A DNA stretch of 64,000 nt from an uncultured Rickettsiales bacterium (lineage in GTDB: Bacteria > Myxococcota_A > UBA796 > UBA9615): NCBI GenBank assembly GCA_964512225.1, contig CAZEKB010000024.1:678-64677 (forward strand), written 5' to 3'. The stretch's first letter is position 1; each line of letters starts with the position of its first letter. A program made the position numbers and the translations under genes. Shown in pieces: positions 22,816 through 30,587 of this stretch. The notes under the pieces are model-generated. The model made no database searches. It was not told where the DNA came from and saw only the letters and a list, made by a program, of their open reading frames with translations.

Positions 22816-24387
22816 TTAGGCCGCGCTCGCCGGAGCGAGCTCGACCGCTTCGATGGCCGCGACGTGCCGCTCGGGCCCGCCGGTGCCGTTCGTGAACGCG
22901 GCCACGACGTCGAACACCGCGTCGGAGAAGCCCCCGACGTTGAGGATGTCCGTCGCCTCGGTCGCCTGGACCGTCCGGTGCGGCTGGATGTCGACGCACA
23001 CCAGCCGCGCCTTCGGGTTCCGAGCCTTGAGCTTGCGCCACTGGTCCATCGTCGCCGTGGCGCCGGATCGAGCGTCGACCCAGCTCTCGTTGTCGGAGAC
23101 GAAGACGACCGTGTCGACCTTCGCCTTCCGGCGGTTCAGCTCGGCCAGGGGCGCGCTGCAGGACGTCCCGCCGCCCCCCACGGACGCCAGCTTCTCCGCG
23201 TTCGTCATCACCGAGTCGCGCGCGTTCAGTCGAACGTCCACGACGCGGTGCTCGAACGGGAGGACGGTCGCCCGCGGGTTGTTGCGGAGGATCGCCGCCG
23301 CGAACAGGCCCGCGACGTCGACGCAGCGCACCTTCGACGTGGACCCCTTGCGGTAGCCCGTCGCCGCGCACCGCATCGAGCCGGACACGTCTGGGCAGAC
23401 GACGACGCGCCCGGGCAGGCCCGGGACGTTGTGGAGCGCGTGCTCCATCGCCGTCTGCAGCGCGTCGCGCACGACCGGAGGGACCCCCTCGCCCGCCGCC
23501 TTGTAGGCCATCAGGAGCTGGTACGGGAAGACGCGAGCGCGCCGCACCTGCCGCTCGTCGCCGAGCCGCTTCGCGATCTTCTCGGTCATCCCGTCCACCT
23601 CGAAGACGCCGTGGCGCGCGAAGGTGTTCAGGTTCATCCGCGTCGTCTGCCAGGTCGCCGTCTCTGCGATCCGCGCCCAGCCCCGTCGCCCGATGGGCAG
23701 CGAGGTGAGCATGGAGAACGGGACGTCCGGGATCGGCGCCGAGGCCGGGTCGGCCTTGAACGCCTCGAACGCCTGGAGCTCCTCGGGGAGCGCCGAGACC
23801 TCGACGTCCTTGCCGATGAGCCGCCCGTAGAGCGCCGAGCGCGTGGCGGTCTTCGGCTTCGGGTGGACCATCTTGACGATGTCCGCGAGGGACGGATCGG
23901 AGCCCATGGACGCGGCCAGGATCCGGCGATCCGAGCGCGCGTCCAGCCACTCGCGGATCAGCCGCTTCGGGCGCGTGCCGAAGGACTTCCGCCCCACGAC
24001 GCCCGAGCGCACGATCTGCACGTAGTTCCGCAGCATGCGGCCGTTGTCGACGACGCGCGGGAAGACGATCGGCAGGAGCTCGGGCGCGCGGACCGTGAGG
24101 ACCGCGACCAGGAGCGCCGGCATGTCCTTCATGTGGCCGCGCTCGCGGGCGAAGATCGCCGTCTTGGCCAGGAACTCCACCGGGACGTCGCACGCCATCT
24201 CGAGCGTCGCCTTCAGGTGGTCGGCGTCGGTCGCGTAGAAGGTCCCGTTCAGGCAGCCCGTGGCCGCGAACTGCGCCAGGGCCTCGCGGGCCGTCCGCTC
24301 GTACGCCGCCCCGCCCGCCTCGTTCCTGGTGGACGCGCGCTCGAGGAGTCGGCCGAAGTAGGAGCTGAAGAGGTTCTTGTTCGCCAT
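22816..24387 (-). CDS. rsr: Ro60-related protein Rsr (TROVE domain + C-terminal vWA/MIDAS domain)
   Basis: MANKNLFSSYFGRLL...TROVE-like N-terminal ~350 aa, then a vWA motif VVVCPDVSGSM...GGGTSCSAP. GGGAG lies 7 nt upstream of the ATG. The gene sits 13 nt upstream of rtcA on the same strand. The track ORF runs on to 25449, but the extra 354 codons are R/P junk. Confidence 0.85.
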   Translation of the reverse strand: MANKNLFSSYFGRLLERASTRNEAGGAAYERTAREALAQFAATGCLNGTFYATDADHLKATLEMACDVPVEFLAKTAIFARERGHMKDMPALLVAVLTVRAPELLPIVFPRVVDNGRMLRNYVQIVRSGVVGRKSFGTRPKRLIREWLDARSDRRILAASMGSDPSLADIVKMVHPKPKTATRSALYGRLIGKDVEVSALPEELQAFEAFKADPASAPIPDVPFSMLTSLPIGRRGWARIAETATWQTTRMNLNTFARHGVFEVDGMTEKIAKRLGDERQVRRARVFPYQLLMAYKAAGEGVPPVVRDALQTAMEHALHNVPGLPGRVVVCPDVSGSMRCAATGYRKGSTSKVRCVDVAGLFAAAILRNNPRATVLPFEHRVVDVRLNARDSVMTNAEKLASVGGGGTSCSAPLAELNRRKAKVDTVVFVSDNESWVDARSGATATMDQWRKLKARNPKARLVCVDIQPHRTVQATEATDILNVGGFSDAVFDVVAAFTNGTGGPERHVAAIEAVELAPASAA

Positions 24388-24402
24388 GTCCGGCTCCCGT
24401 TC

Positions 24403-24499
24403 GAAAGCGACGGTCGGCGAGTCTTGGTCGAGACACTTACGCGGGGTTCGAACCCGCCGTACCAGGGTGTAGTCCCGACGGCATCCGACCGTCGCTCCT
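24403..24499 (-). ncRNA. Candidate Y-RNA-like / tRNA-like element in the rsr leader, carrying a canonical T-arm
   Basis: On the minus strand: a 12-bp helix AGCGACGGUCGG (24485-24496) pairs with CCGACCGUCGCU (24406-24417). An inner 8-bp helix follows. The apical hairpin GCGGG-UUCGAAC-CCCGC (24441-24457) is a textbook tRNA T-arm with a G53-C61 closing pair and a T54-T55-C56-G57-A58 loop. It lies 16 nt upstream of the rsr ATG. Bacterial rsr loci commonly encode YrlA-type Y RNAs with tRNA-like modules. Confidence 0.35.
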
Positions 24500-24505
24500 T
24501 CTCTC

Positions 24506-24522
24506 TTCACCGGGCGTGCCAA
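24506..24522 (-). promoter_or_regulatory. Possible sigma-54 -24 element (TTGGCACG) upstream of rsr with a poor -12 (GTGAA)
   Basis: Minus strand TTGGCACGcccgGTGAA. The -24 half is perfect but GC at -12 is absent, so this is weak. Confidence 0.2.
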
Positions 24523-24553
24523 CTTCGGGAAACGCACGACGTCGGCGTGATCG

Positions 24554-24601
24554 TTCGATTCGCGGCGATCGAAAGCTATCCAACTGGCTAGTGAGCTAGC
24601 C
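24554..24601. promoter_or_regulatory. Two palindromes in the rtcR/rsr divergent region: TTCGAT-N8-ATCGAA (24554-24573) and GGCTAG-tgag-CTAGCC (24586-24601)
   Basis: Perfect inverted repeats seen in the sequence. The second ends 8 nt before the rtcR ATG. They are candidate operator / UAS sites or parts of the RNA element. Confidence 0.25.
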
Positions 24602-24609
24602 TGCTGGCC

Positions 24610-26202
24610 ATGCGCGACAACGTCTTCGTGGGGATCGTCGGCACCCAGCTCGACCGGGGGACCGGGGCGAAGCGCTGGAGCAAGTGGCGGCCGACGGTCT
24701 CGGCGTTCCAGCACGACGAGCTGCTGTTCCGGCGCGCCGAGCTGATCGTGGAGCGTCGCTGGAAGCGGCTGGGGGAGCAGATCGCCGAGGACATCCGCAC
24801 GACGTCGCCGGAGACGGACGTCCGGATCACGCTCGTGGAGTTCAAGGACGCGTGGGACTTCGAGGAGGTGTGGGAGGTCCTGTACGGGTTCTCGCGGGAG
24901 CTGCGGATCGACCCCGAGCGCGAGGACTGCATGGTCCACATCACGACCGGGACGCACGTCGCGCAGATCTGCCTGTTCCTGCTGGCCGAGTCCCGTCACC
25001 TGCCGGGCCGCCTCCTGCAGACGTCGCCCCGGGGCGGCAAGACGGACTCCCGGGACCCGAGCTGGACGGCGATCGACCTCGACCTCTCCCGCTACGACCG
25101 CATCGCCGCGCGGTTCCGCGAGGAGCAGAGGGCGGGCGTCTCGTTCCTGAAGTCCGGGATCGATACGCGCAACGTCGTCTTCAACCAGCTGATCGATCGG
25201 GTCGAGCAGGTCGCGATCGCGACGACCGCGCCGCTGCTGCTCATGGGGCCGACGGGCGCCGGCAAGACGCGGCTCGCGCGTCGCATCTACGAGCTGAAGC
25301 GGTCGCGTCGGCAGGTGACGGGGAACTACGTCGAGGTGAACTGCGCGACCCTGCGCGGCGACCTCGCCATGTCGACCCTGTTCGGGCACACGCGGGGCGC
25401 CTTCTCGGGGGCGCAGTCCGAGCGGGCCGGGCTGCTGCGCACGGCCCACGGCGGGGTGCTCTTCCTGGACGAGATCGGAGAGCTGGGCGCCGACGAGCAG
25501 GCGATGCTGCTCCGCGCGCTCGAGTCGCGGACGTTCCTGCCCGTGGGGTCGGACGAGGAGGCGTCGTCGGACTTCCAGCTGCTGGCGGGGACGAAGCGAG
25601 ACCTCTACGAGGCGGTGGCCGACGGGGACTTTCGGGAGGACCTCCTGGCGCGGATCAACCTCTGGACGGTGAAGCTCCCGGGCCTGCGGGAGCGCCCCGA
25701 GGACATCGAGCCCAACCTGGACTACGAGTTGGAGGAGTACGCGCGCAAGAACGGCCGACGCATCTCCATGAACAAGGAGGCCCGGGCGGACTTCCTGGCC
25801 TTCGCCCGGGGCTCCAACGCGGCTTGGCGGGGCAACTTCCGTGACCTGAACGCGGCGGTCCTTCGCATGGGCACCCTCGCGCCGGGCGGACGGATCGACG
25901 TCCGCGTCGTGGACGAAGAGTTGGGTCGGCTCCGCGACGCTTGGCGCCGCCCGGACCGCCGGACGGGTCGCGACGACCTGCTCCAGGCGGCGCTCGGGGA
26001 CCGGGTCGCGGAGCTCGACCGCTTCGACCGCGTGCAGCTCGCCGAGGTGCTCGAGGTGTGCGGCCGGTCCCGCACCCTGGCCGAGGCCGGCCGGGAGCTC
26101 TTCGCGGTCTCGCGCCTGCGACGTTCCACGCGCAACGACGCCGACCGCGTGCGCAAGTACTTGGCCAAGTGGGGCCTCTCCAAGGAGGACGTGCTGCGCT
26201 GA
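24610..26202 (+). CDS. rtcR: Sigma-54-dependent transcriptional regulator RtcR (N-terminal CARF-like domain + AAA+ sigma-54 activation domain + C-terminal HTH)
   Basis: The N-terminus MRDNVFVGIVGTQLDRG matches E. coli RtcR MRKTVAFGFVGTVLD. Walker A LMGPTGAGKT, the GAFTGA-like segment FGHTRGAFSGA, and an arginine finger. Confidence 0.88.
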   Translation: MRDNVFVGIVGTQLDRGTGAKRWSKWRPTVSAFQHDELLFRRAELIVERRWKRLGEQIAEDIRTTSPETDVRITLVEFKDAWDFEEVWEVLYGFSRELRIDPEREDCMVHITTGTHVAQICLFLLAESRHLPGRLLQTSPRGGKTDSRDPSWTAIDLDLSRYDRIAARFREEQRAGVSFLKSGIDTRNVVFNQLIDRVEQVAIATTAPLLLMGPTGAGKTRLARRIYELKRSRRQVTGNYVEVNCATLRGDLAMSTLFGHTRGAFSGAQSERAGLLRTAHGGVLFLDEIGELGADEQAMLLRALESRTFLPVGSDEEASSDFQLLAGTKRDLYEAVADGDFREDLLARINLWTVKLPGLRERPEDIEPNLDYELEEYARKNGRRISMNKEARADFLAFARGSNAAWRGNFRDLNAAVLRMGTLAPGGRIDVRVVDEELGRLRDAWRRPDRRTGRDDLLQAALGDRVAELDRFDRVQLAEVLEVCGRSRTLAEAGRELFAVSRLRRSTRNDADRVRKYLAKWGLSKEDVLR

Positions 26203-26219
26203 TCCGGCATGATCCGGCC

Positions 26220-27317
26220 ATGAAGATCGCCGTCGCCGTCCTGCCCGTCGCCCTGGCCACCTGCTTCGGGGCCGAAGACCCGTACGACGACGACGACGAC
26301 GCCGCCCCCCTCTTCGATCCGGTCCTCGCGGCGGAGCTGGAGGCGACCCTGCAGGACCGGTTCGGCGAGCACGACCCGCTGGGCATCGTCGCCGCCGTCC
26401 AGATGCCGGACGGGACCCGCTGGATCGGCGCGGTGGGGGACGCCGACCTGGACGGCACGGCCCTCGCCGGCGACGAGGCGTTCAAGGTCGCGAGCGTGAG
26501 CAAGACGTTCGTCGCGGCGCTGGTATTGGAGGCGGGGCTCGACCTCGACGGGACGATCGAGGAGCACATCGACCACCCGCGCGCGGGCGAGATCACGGTG
26601 CGGATGCTCCTGAACCACTCGGCGGGGGTGCCCGAGTTCAGCACGACCCCGGCGTTTCAGAACGCGGGCCTGGTCGAGTGGACGGACGACGAGCTCCTGG
26701 GGCTGGTGGTCGACGCGCCGCTGCAGTTCGAGCCGGGATCGGGCTACGCGTACTCGAACACGCACTACGTGATGCTCTCGATGATCGTGGAGGCGACGGC
26801 CGGGAGCCCGTGGCAGGGGGAGCTGCAGACGGAGCTCGCCGACCGGCTCGGCCTGGTGGGGACCTACGCGCCGGACGGGACCGACGGCTGGGGCGACGTC
26901 GTGCGCGGGGAGCTGAGCGGGCAGGACCTCACGGACTCGATCCGGCCGAGCGGCATCGGCGGGGCGGGCAACGTGGTGTCCACCGCCTGCGACCTGGGCG
27001 CCTGGGCCCGCGGCCTGTGGGGCGGGTTCCTGCTGGGCGACGAGACCACCGCGCTGCTCGCCGAGGACCCGATGCCCCTGGGGCCCGGGATCGGGTACGG
27101 CCTCGGCACGCTCGTCCTCGAGGACGACACGGGGCTCCAGCTGGCGCACAACGGCGCCCTGAACGGGTACGTCTCCTGGGTCGGGTACCGGCCGGAGCAG
27201 GACGTGGGGTTGGCCGTCCTGGCCAACTCCTGGTTGCCGGGCAACCCCCCGAACGTGGCGTACTCGGCGGACATCGCAGACGCCCTGTGGGCCGACGTTC
27301 TGGAGCAGTCGGAGTAG
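26220..27317 (+). CDS. Serine hydrolase of the beta-lactamase / penicillin-binding-protein (class C-like) family, lipoprotein
   Basis: MKIAVAVLPVALATCFG lipobox, SxxK motif ASVSKTF and YxN motif YSNTHY. It starts 18 nt after the rtcR stop. Confidence 0.8.
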   Translation: MKIAVAVLPVALATCFGAEDPYDDDDDAAPLFDPVLAAELEATLQDRFGEHDPLGIVAAVQMPDGTRWIGAVGDADLDGTALAGDEAFKVASVSKTFVAALVLEAGLDLDGTIEEHIDHPRAGEITVRMLLNHSAGVPEFSTTPAFQNAGLVEWTDDELLGLVVDAPLQFEPGSGYAYSNTHYVMLSMIVEATAGSPWQGELQTELADRLGLVGTYAPDGTDGWGDVVRGELSGQDLTDSIRPSGIGGAGNVVSTACDLGAWARGLWGGFLLGDETTALLAEDPMPLGPGIGYGLGTLVLEDDTGLQLAHNGALNGYVSWVGYRPEQDVGLAVLANSWLPGNPPNVAYSADIADALWADVLEQSE

Positions 27318-27326
27318 GCTGTCTTC

Positions 27327-29000
27327 GTGACGGAGACAAACGAATCCGGGCGTCGCCTGGCGCTCGTCCAACTCGCCGCCGCGGCGATCGGGCGCGACGA
27401 CTACCTCGAGATCATCATCCGGTGCCTCGCCGATGCGCTCGAGGTGAGGTGGGCGTTCGTATCCGAGCTCGTGGTGACGGACCCGACCACGGCCCGCACC
27501 CTCGCGTTCTGGGGAGACGGGGGCTACCTGGACAACGTCGCCTATCCGCTCGAGGGGACGCCCTGCGCGGACGTATACGACCACTCGGTGTGCGTGGTCA
27601 CGGCCGGCGTGCAGGCCGCCTACCCCGACGACCACATGCTCGCCGAGATGGGGGCCGAGGCGTACGTGGGCCTGCCGTTCCGGGACGAAGGCGGGCGCGC
27701 GATCGGGCACCTGGGCGTCATGCACGACGGTCCGGTGGAGGCCGACCTGGTCGACACCGCGCTGTTCCGAGTATTCGCGGCCTTGGCCGGCTCCGAGTTC
27801 TCGCGCCGCCGGGCCGAGGAGGAGAAGGCGCGCGTCGAGCGTCGGCTCATGGAGGCCGAGCGGCGCGAGCACCTGGGGCTGCTCGCGGGCACGATCGCGC
27901 ACGACCTGAACAACCTGCTGGTGGGCATCACCGCGAACGTCGGGCTGGCCGAGGGGGAGCTCCCCGCGGCGTCCGAGGCGCGGCCCTACCTGCGGGCCAT
28001 CGAAGAGACCGGGCAACGCGCCGCCGAGCTCGCCCGGCAGATGCTCGCGTACAGCGGGCGCGGGCGCTTCGAGGTGGGGCCGGTGGACCTCGCGCGCCTC
28101 GTTCGGGAGACGACCGATCTGCTTCGCTCGTCGCTCCCCCGCACGGCCGCGATCGACTGCCACGTGGAGGCCGCGGTCCCCCCGGTGCAGGGCGACACGA
28201 CCCAGCTGCGGCAGCTCGTCATGAACCTCGTCGTCAACGGCGTCGAGGCCCTGGAGGGCAGCCCGGGACAGATCTCGGTGCGCCTCCGTCCCCATCGGTT
28301 CGACCCCGCGAAGGCGCGCGCCCAGGTCGTCGCCCGCGACGCCGTGGAGGGGACCTACGTCGCGCTCGAGGTGAAGGACGACGGCATGGGCATGGACGAC
28401 GCGACCCTGAACCGCGTCTTCGACCCCTTCTTCACCACCAAGCCGAAGGGCAACGGGCTCGGGCTCGCGGCCGTGCAGGGCATCGTCCAGGGCAACCACG
28501 GCGCCCTGCTCGTGGACAGCGCGCCGGGCGAGGGCACCACCTTCCGCGTCTTGCTGCCGACCAGCTCGGACGCCCCCGCGCCCGCGCCGAAGGCTCCCGC
28601 CGCCGCCGAGTTCCCCGCCGGGCTGCGCGCGCTCGTCGTCGACGACGAGGCGATGGTCCGCGCCGCCCTCACCTCCGTCCTGAAGCGCAACGGGTTCTCC
28701 GTGGTCCAGGCCGCGGACGGCACCCAGGCGGTGACCGTGCTGCAGGCGTCCACCGACGCGTTCGACGTGGTGCTCATGGACCTCTCGATGCCCCACATGG
28801 GGGGCGACGAAGTCGTGGACTGGATGACCGAGCGGATGGCTCGGATCCCGATCGTGCTCATGAGCGGCTACGACCGGCACGAGCTCGCGCAGCGGTTCCC
28901 GCCCGACTCGGTCACCGCGTTCCTGCAGAAGCCGTTCACGCTGCAGGGGGCTCTCGGCGCGGTGCGGGTGGCGCTCCAAGCAGAGACCGCCGACCCGTAG
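27327..29000 (+). CDS. Hybrid sensor histidine kinase (GAF - HisKA - HATPase_c - REC), cytoplasmic
   Basis: GTG start. H-box AHDLNNLL, N-box NLVVNGVEA and DDGMGMD...GNGLGLAAV. C-terminal receiver LVVDDE...VLMDLSMPHMGG...KPF. Confidence 0.85.
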   Translation: MTETNESGRRLALVQLAAAAIGRDDYLEIIIRCLADALEVRWAFVSELVVTDPTTARTLAFWGDGGYLDNVAYPLEGTPCADVYDHSVCVVTAGVQAAYPDDHMLAEMGAEAYVGLPFRDEGGRAIGHLGVMHDGPVEADLVDTALFRVFAALAGSEFSRRRAEEEKARVERRLMEAERREHLGLLAGTIAHDLNNLLVGITANVGLAEGELPAASEARPYLRAIEETGQRAAELARQMLAYSGRGRFEVGPVDLARLVRETTDLLRSSLPRTAAIDCHVEAAVPPVQGDTTQLRQLVMNLVVNGVEALEGSPGQISVRLRPHRFDPAKARAQVVARDAVEGTYVALEVKDDGMGMDDATLNRVFDPFFTTKPKGNGLGLAAVQGIVQGNHGALLVDSAPGEGTTFRVLLPTSSDAPAPAPKAPAAAEFPAGLRALVVDDEAMVRAALTSVLKRNGFSVVQAADGTQAVTVLQASTDAFDVVLMDLSMPHMGGDEVVDWMTERMARIPIVLMSGYDRHELAQRFPPDSVTAFLQKPFTLQGALGAVRVALQAETADP

Positions 29001-29011
29001 GCCGGCGGTCT
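28984..29011. terminator. GC hairpin (AGACCGCCG-N10-CGGCGGTCT) spanning the HK stop codon, between convergent genes
   Basis: A 9-bp perfect stem seen in the sequence. The 24-bp gap runs to the rtcB stop. Confidence 0.3.
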
Positions 29012-29024
29012 CGAGGGGCTCGGG

Positions 29025-30293
29025 TCAGCCCTTTACGCAGACGACCTGCTTGAGGGTGTGCACGATCTCGACGAGGTCGGACTGCGCGGCCATCACCGCG
29101 TCGATGTCCTTGTACGCCGCGGGCGTCTCGTCGATCACTCCTCGGTCCTTGCGGCACTCCACCCCGGCCGTGGCCGCGCGGTGGTCCTTGAGCGTGAAGC
29201 GCTTCTTCGCCTCGGTCCGAGACATCGCCCGCCCCGCTCCGTGGGAGCAGGAGTGGAAGCTCTCGGGGTTGCCCTTGCCGCGGACGATGTAGCTCTTCGC
29301 GCCCATGCTGCCCGGGATGATGCCGAGGTCGCCCTCGCCCGCCCGGACCGCGCCCTTGCGCGTCAGCCACACCTTCTTGCCGTAGTGCACCTCCTGCTGC
29401 ACGTAGTTGTGGTGGCAGTTCACGGCCATCGCGTCGGTCGTCCACTTCTTGCGGATCAGCTTCACGCCGCGCACCGCCTTGATCACCGCCGCCATCATCA
29501 GGTTGCGGTTCTCGCGCGCGAATCGCTGCGCCCAGCCGACCGCCTGCACGTAGTCGTCGAAGTGCTCCGTGCCCTCCGTCAGGTACGCCAGGTCGCGGTG
29601 CGGCAGGTTGATGAAGAAGCGCTCCATCTCCTTCTGAGCGACGCGGATGAAGTGGCTCCCGATCCGGTTCCCGACGCCGCGGGAGCCGCTGTGCAGCATG
29701 AACCAGACACGATCCGCTTCGTCGAGGCACACCTCCACGAAGTGGTTGCCGGACCCGAGCGTCCCCAGGTGAACCCGGTGGTTCGAGCTGCGGATCCTCG
29801 GGTGCTTGTCGCAGATGACGTCGAACTCGTCGTCGAGCGTCTTCCACACCTGGTCCACCGCCTTCGGGACGCGGTCCCGCCACGACCCCTTGTCGCCGCG
29901 TCGCCCGCCGGACGTCCGCCCGTGGGGGACGGCCGCCTCGATCGCGTTGCGCACGGGGGAGAGGTCCGTGGGCAGGTCCGACGCCGTCAGCGACGTCTGG
30001 ACTGCCATCATCCCGCACCCGAGATCGACGCCGACCGCGGCCGGGATGATCGCCTTGTGCGTGGGGATGACCGAGCCGATCGTCGCGCCGCGACCGATGT
30101 GCGTATCCGGCATCGCCGCCACCCACTTGTGGATGAACGGCATCGACGCGGTCTGCTTGAGCTGCGTGATCGCGCCGCTCTCGACGGGCACGCCGCGAAC
30201 CCACGCCTTCACGACGGCGTCGCCGTTCGCGGAGTGGCGGGGCGTCTTGTAGACCTCGTAGCTGCGGGACGAATCTCGGTGGGTCGTCGTCAT
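29025..30293 (-). CDS. rtcB: RNA-splicing ligase RtcB (3'-phosphate / 5'-OH RNA ligase)
   Basis: Motifs DTHIGRGATIGSV, GSGNHFVEV, NCHHNYV and SCSHGAGRAMSR (His-GMP site). GAGGAG lies 7 nt upstream of the ATG at 30293. The track ORF adds 13 spurious codons. Confidence 0.92.
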   Translation of the reverse strand: MTTTHRDSSRSYEVYKTPRHSANGDAVVKAWVRGVPVESGAITQLKQTASMPFIHKWVAAMPDTHIGRGATIGSVIPTHKAIIPAAVGVDLGCGMMAVQTSLTASDLPTDLSPVRNAIEAAVPHGRTSGGRRGDKGSWRDRVPKAVDQVWKTLDDEFDVICDKHPRIRSSNHRVHLGTLGSGNHFVEVCLDEADRVWFMLHSGSRGVGNRIGSHFIRVAQKEMERFFINLPHRDLAYLTEGTEHFDDYVQAVGWAQRFARENRNLMMAAVIKAVRGVKLIRKKWTTDAMAVNCHHNYVQQEVHYGKKVWLTRKGAVRAGEGDLGIIPGSMGAKSYIVRGKGNPESFHSCSHGAGRAMSRTEAKKRFTLKDHRAATAGVECRKDRGVIDETPAAYKDIDAVMAAQSDLVEIVHTLKQVVCVKG

Positions 30294-30323
30294 GGTCGGC
30301 TCCTCGTTTCGCCGAATCTCGTG

Positions 30324-30340
30324 TGCGAGCACCGTGCCGG
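30324..30340 (-). promoter_or_regulatory. Sigma-54 promoter for rtcB (minus strand CGGCACG-gtgc-TCGCA, GG-N10-GC)
   Basis: Matches the TGGCACG-N4-TTGCW consensus at 10 of 12 positions, with correct -24/-12 spacing, about 30 nt upstream of the rtcB ATG. This fits RtcR (a sigma-54 activator) control. Confidence 0.55.
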
Positions 30341-30403
30341 CGTCGTCGATCGCGCGACGTCGTGCGATCGGCCTCTCCGGGCGCCGTCACACACTAGACA
30401 TAT

Positions 30404-30465
30404 GGATAGAGAACTATCCGATTCACCGACCCGTTCACAATGCGTCGGGCGTTTCACCTTGAAAG
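30404..30465. promoter_or_regulatory. AT-rich regulatory island: palindrome GGATAG-agaa-CTATCC (30404-30419) plus three TTCAC direct repeats (30422, 30434, 30453)
   Basis: GC content drops markedly at 30385-30470 in an otherwise ~70% GC window. The island lies 65-140 nt upstream of the rtcB sigma-54 promoter, and is a candidate RtcR UAS and/or the promoter of the divergent lipoprotein gene. Confidence 0.3.
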
Positions 30466-30587
30466 GGTTTTCGGTGACGCTTTTCGGGCCGGTGCGGCGA
30501 CGTCGGCCGTTCAGCTTCGCCGGCACGGATGGTGCTTCGTACCGCGGCACGACGGCAGTTCCCCTGCCGCCCCCGACCGAGGCCGCA

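Noticed and set aside
24425-24470. Reading the T-arm on the plus strand as the 3' end of a bona fide tRNA gene (the following ...CGTACCA looked like a CCA tail)
   Set aside because: On the plus strand the loop is GTTCGAA, out of register, and only 4 nt separate the T-stem from the CCA. No acceptor, D or anticodon arms can be paired. The canonical geometry is on the minus strand.
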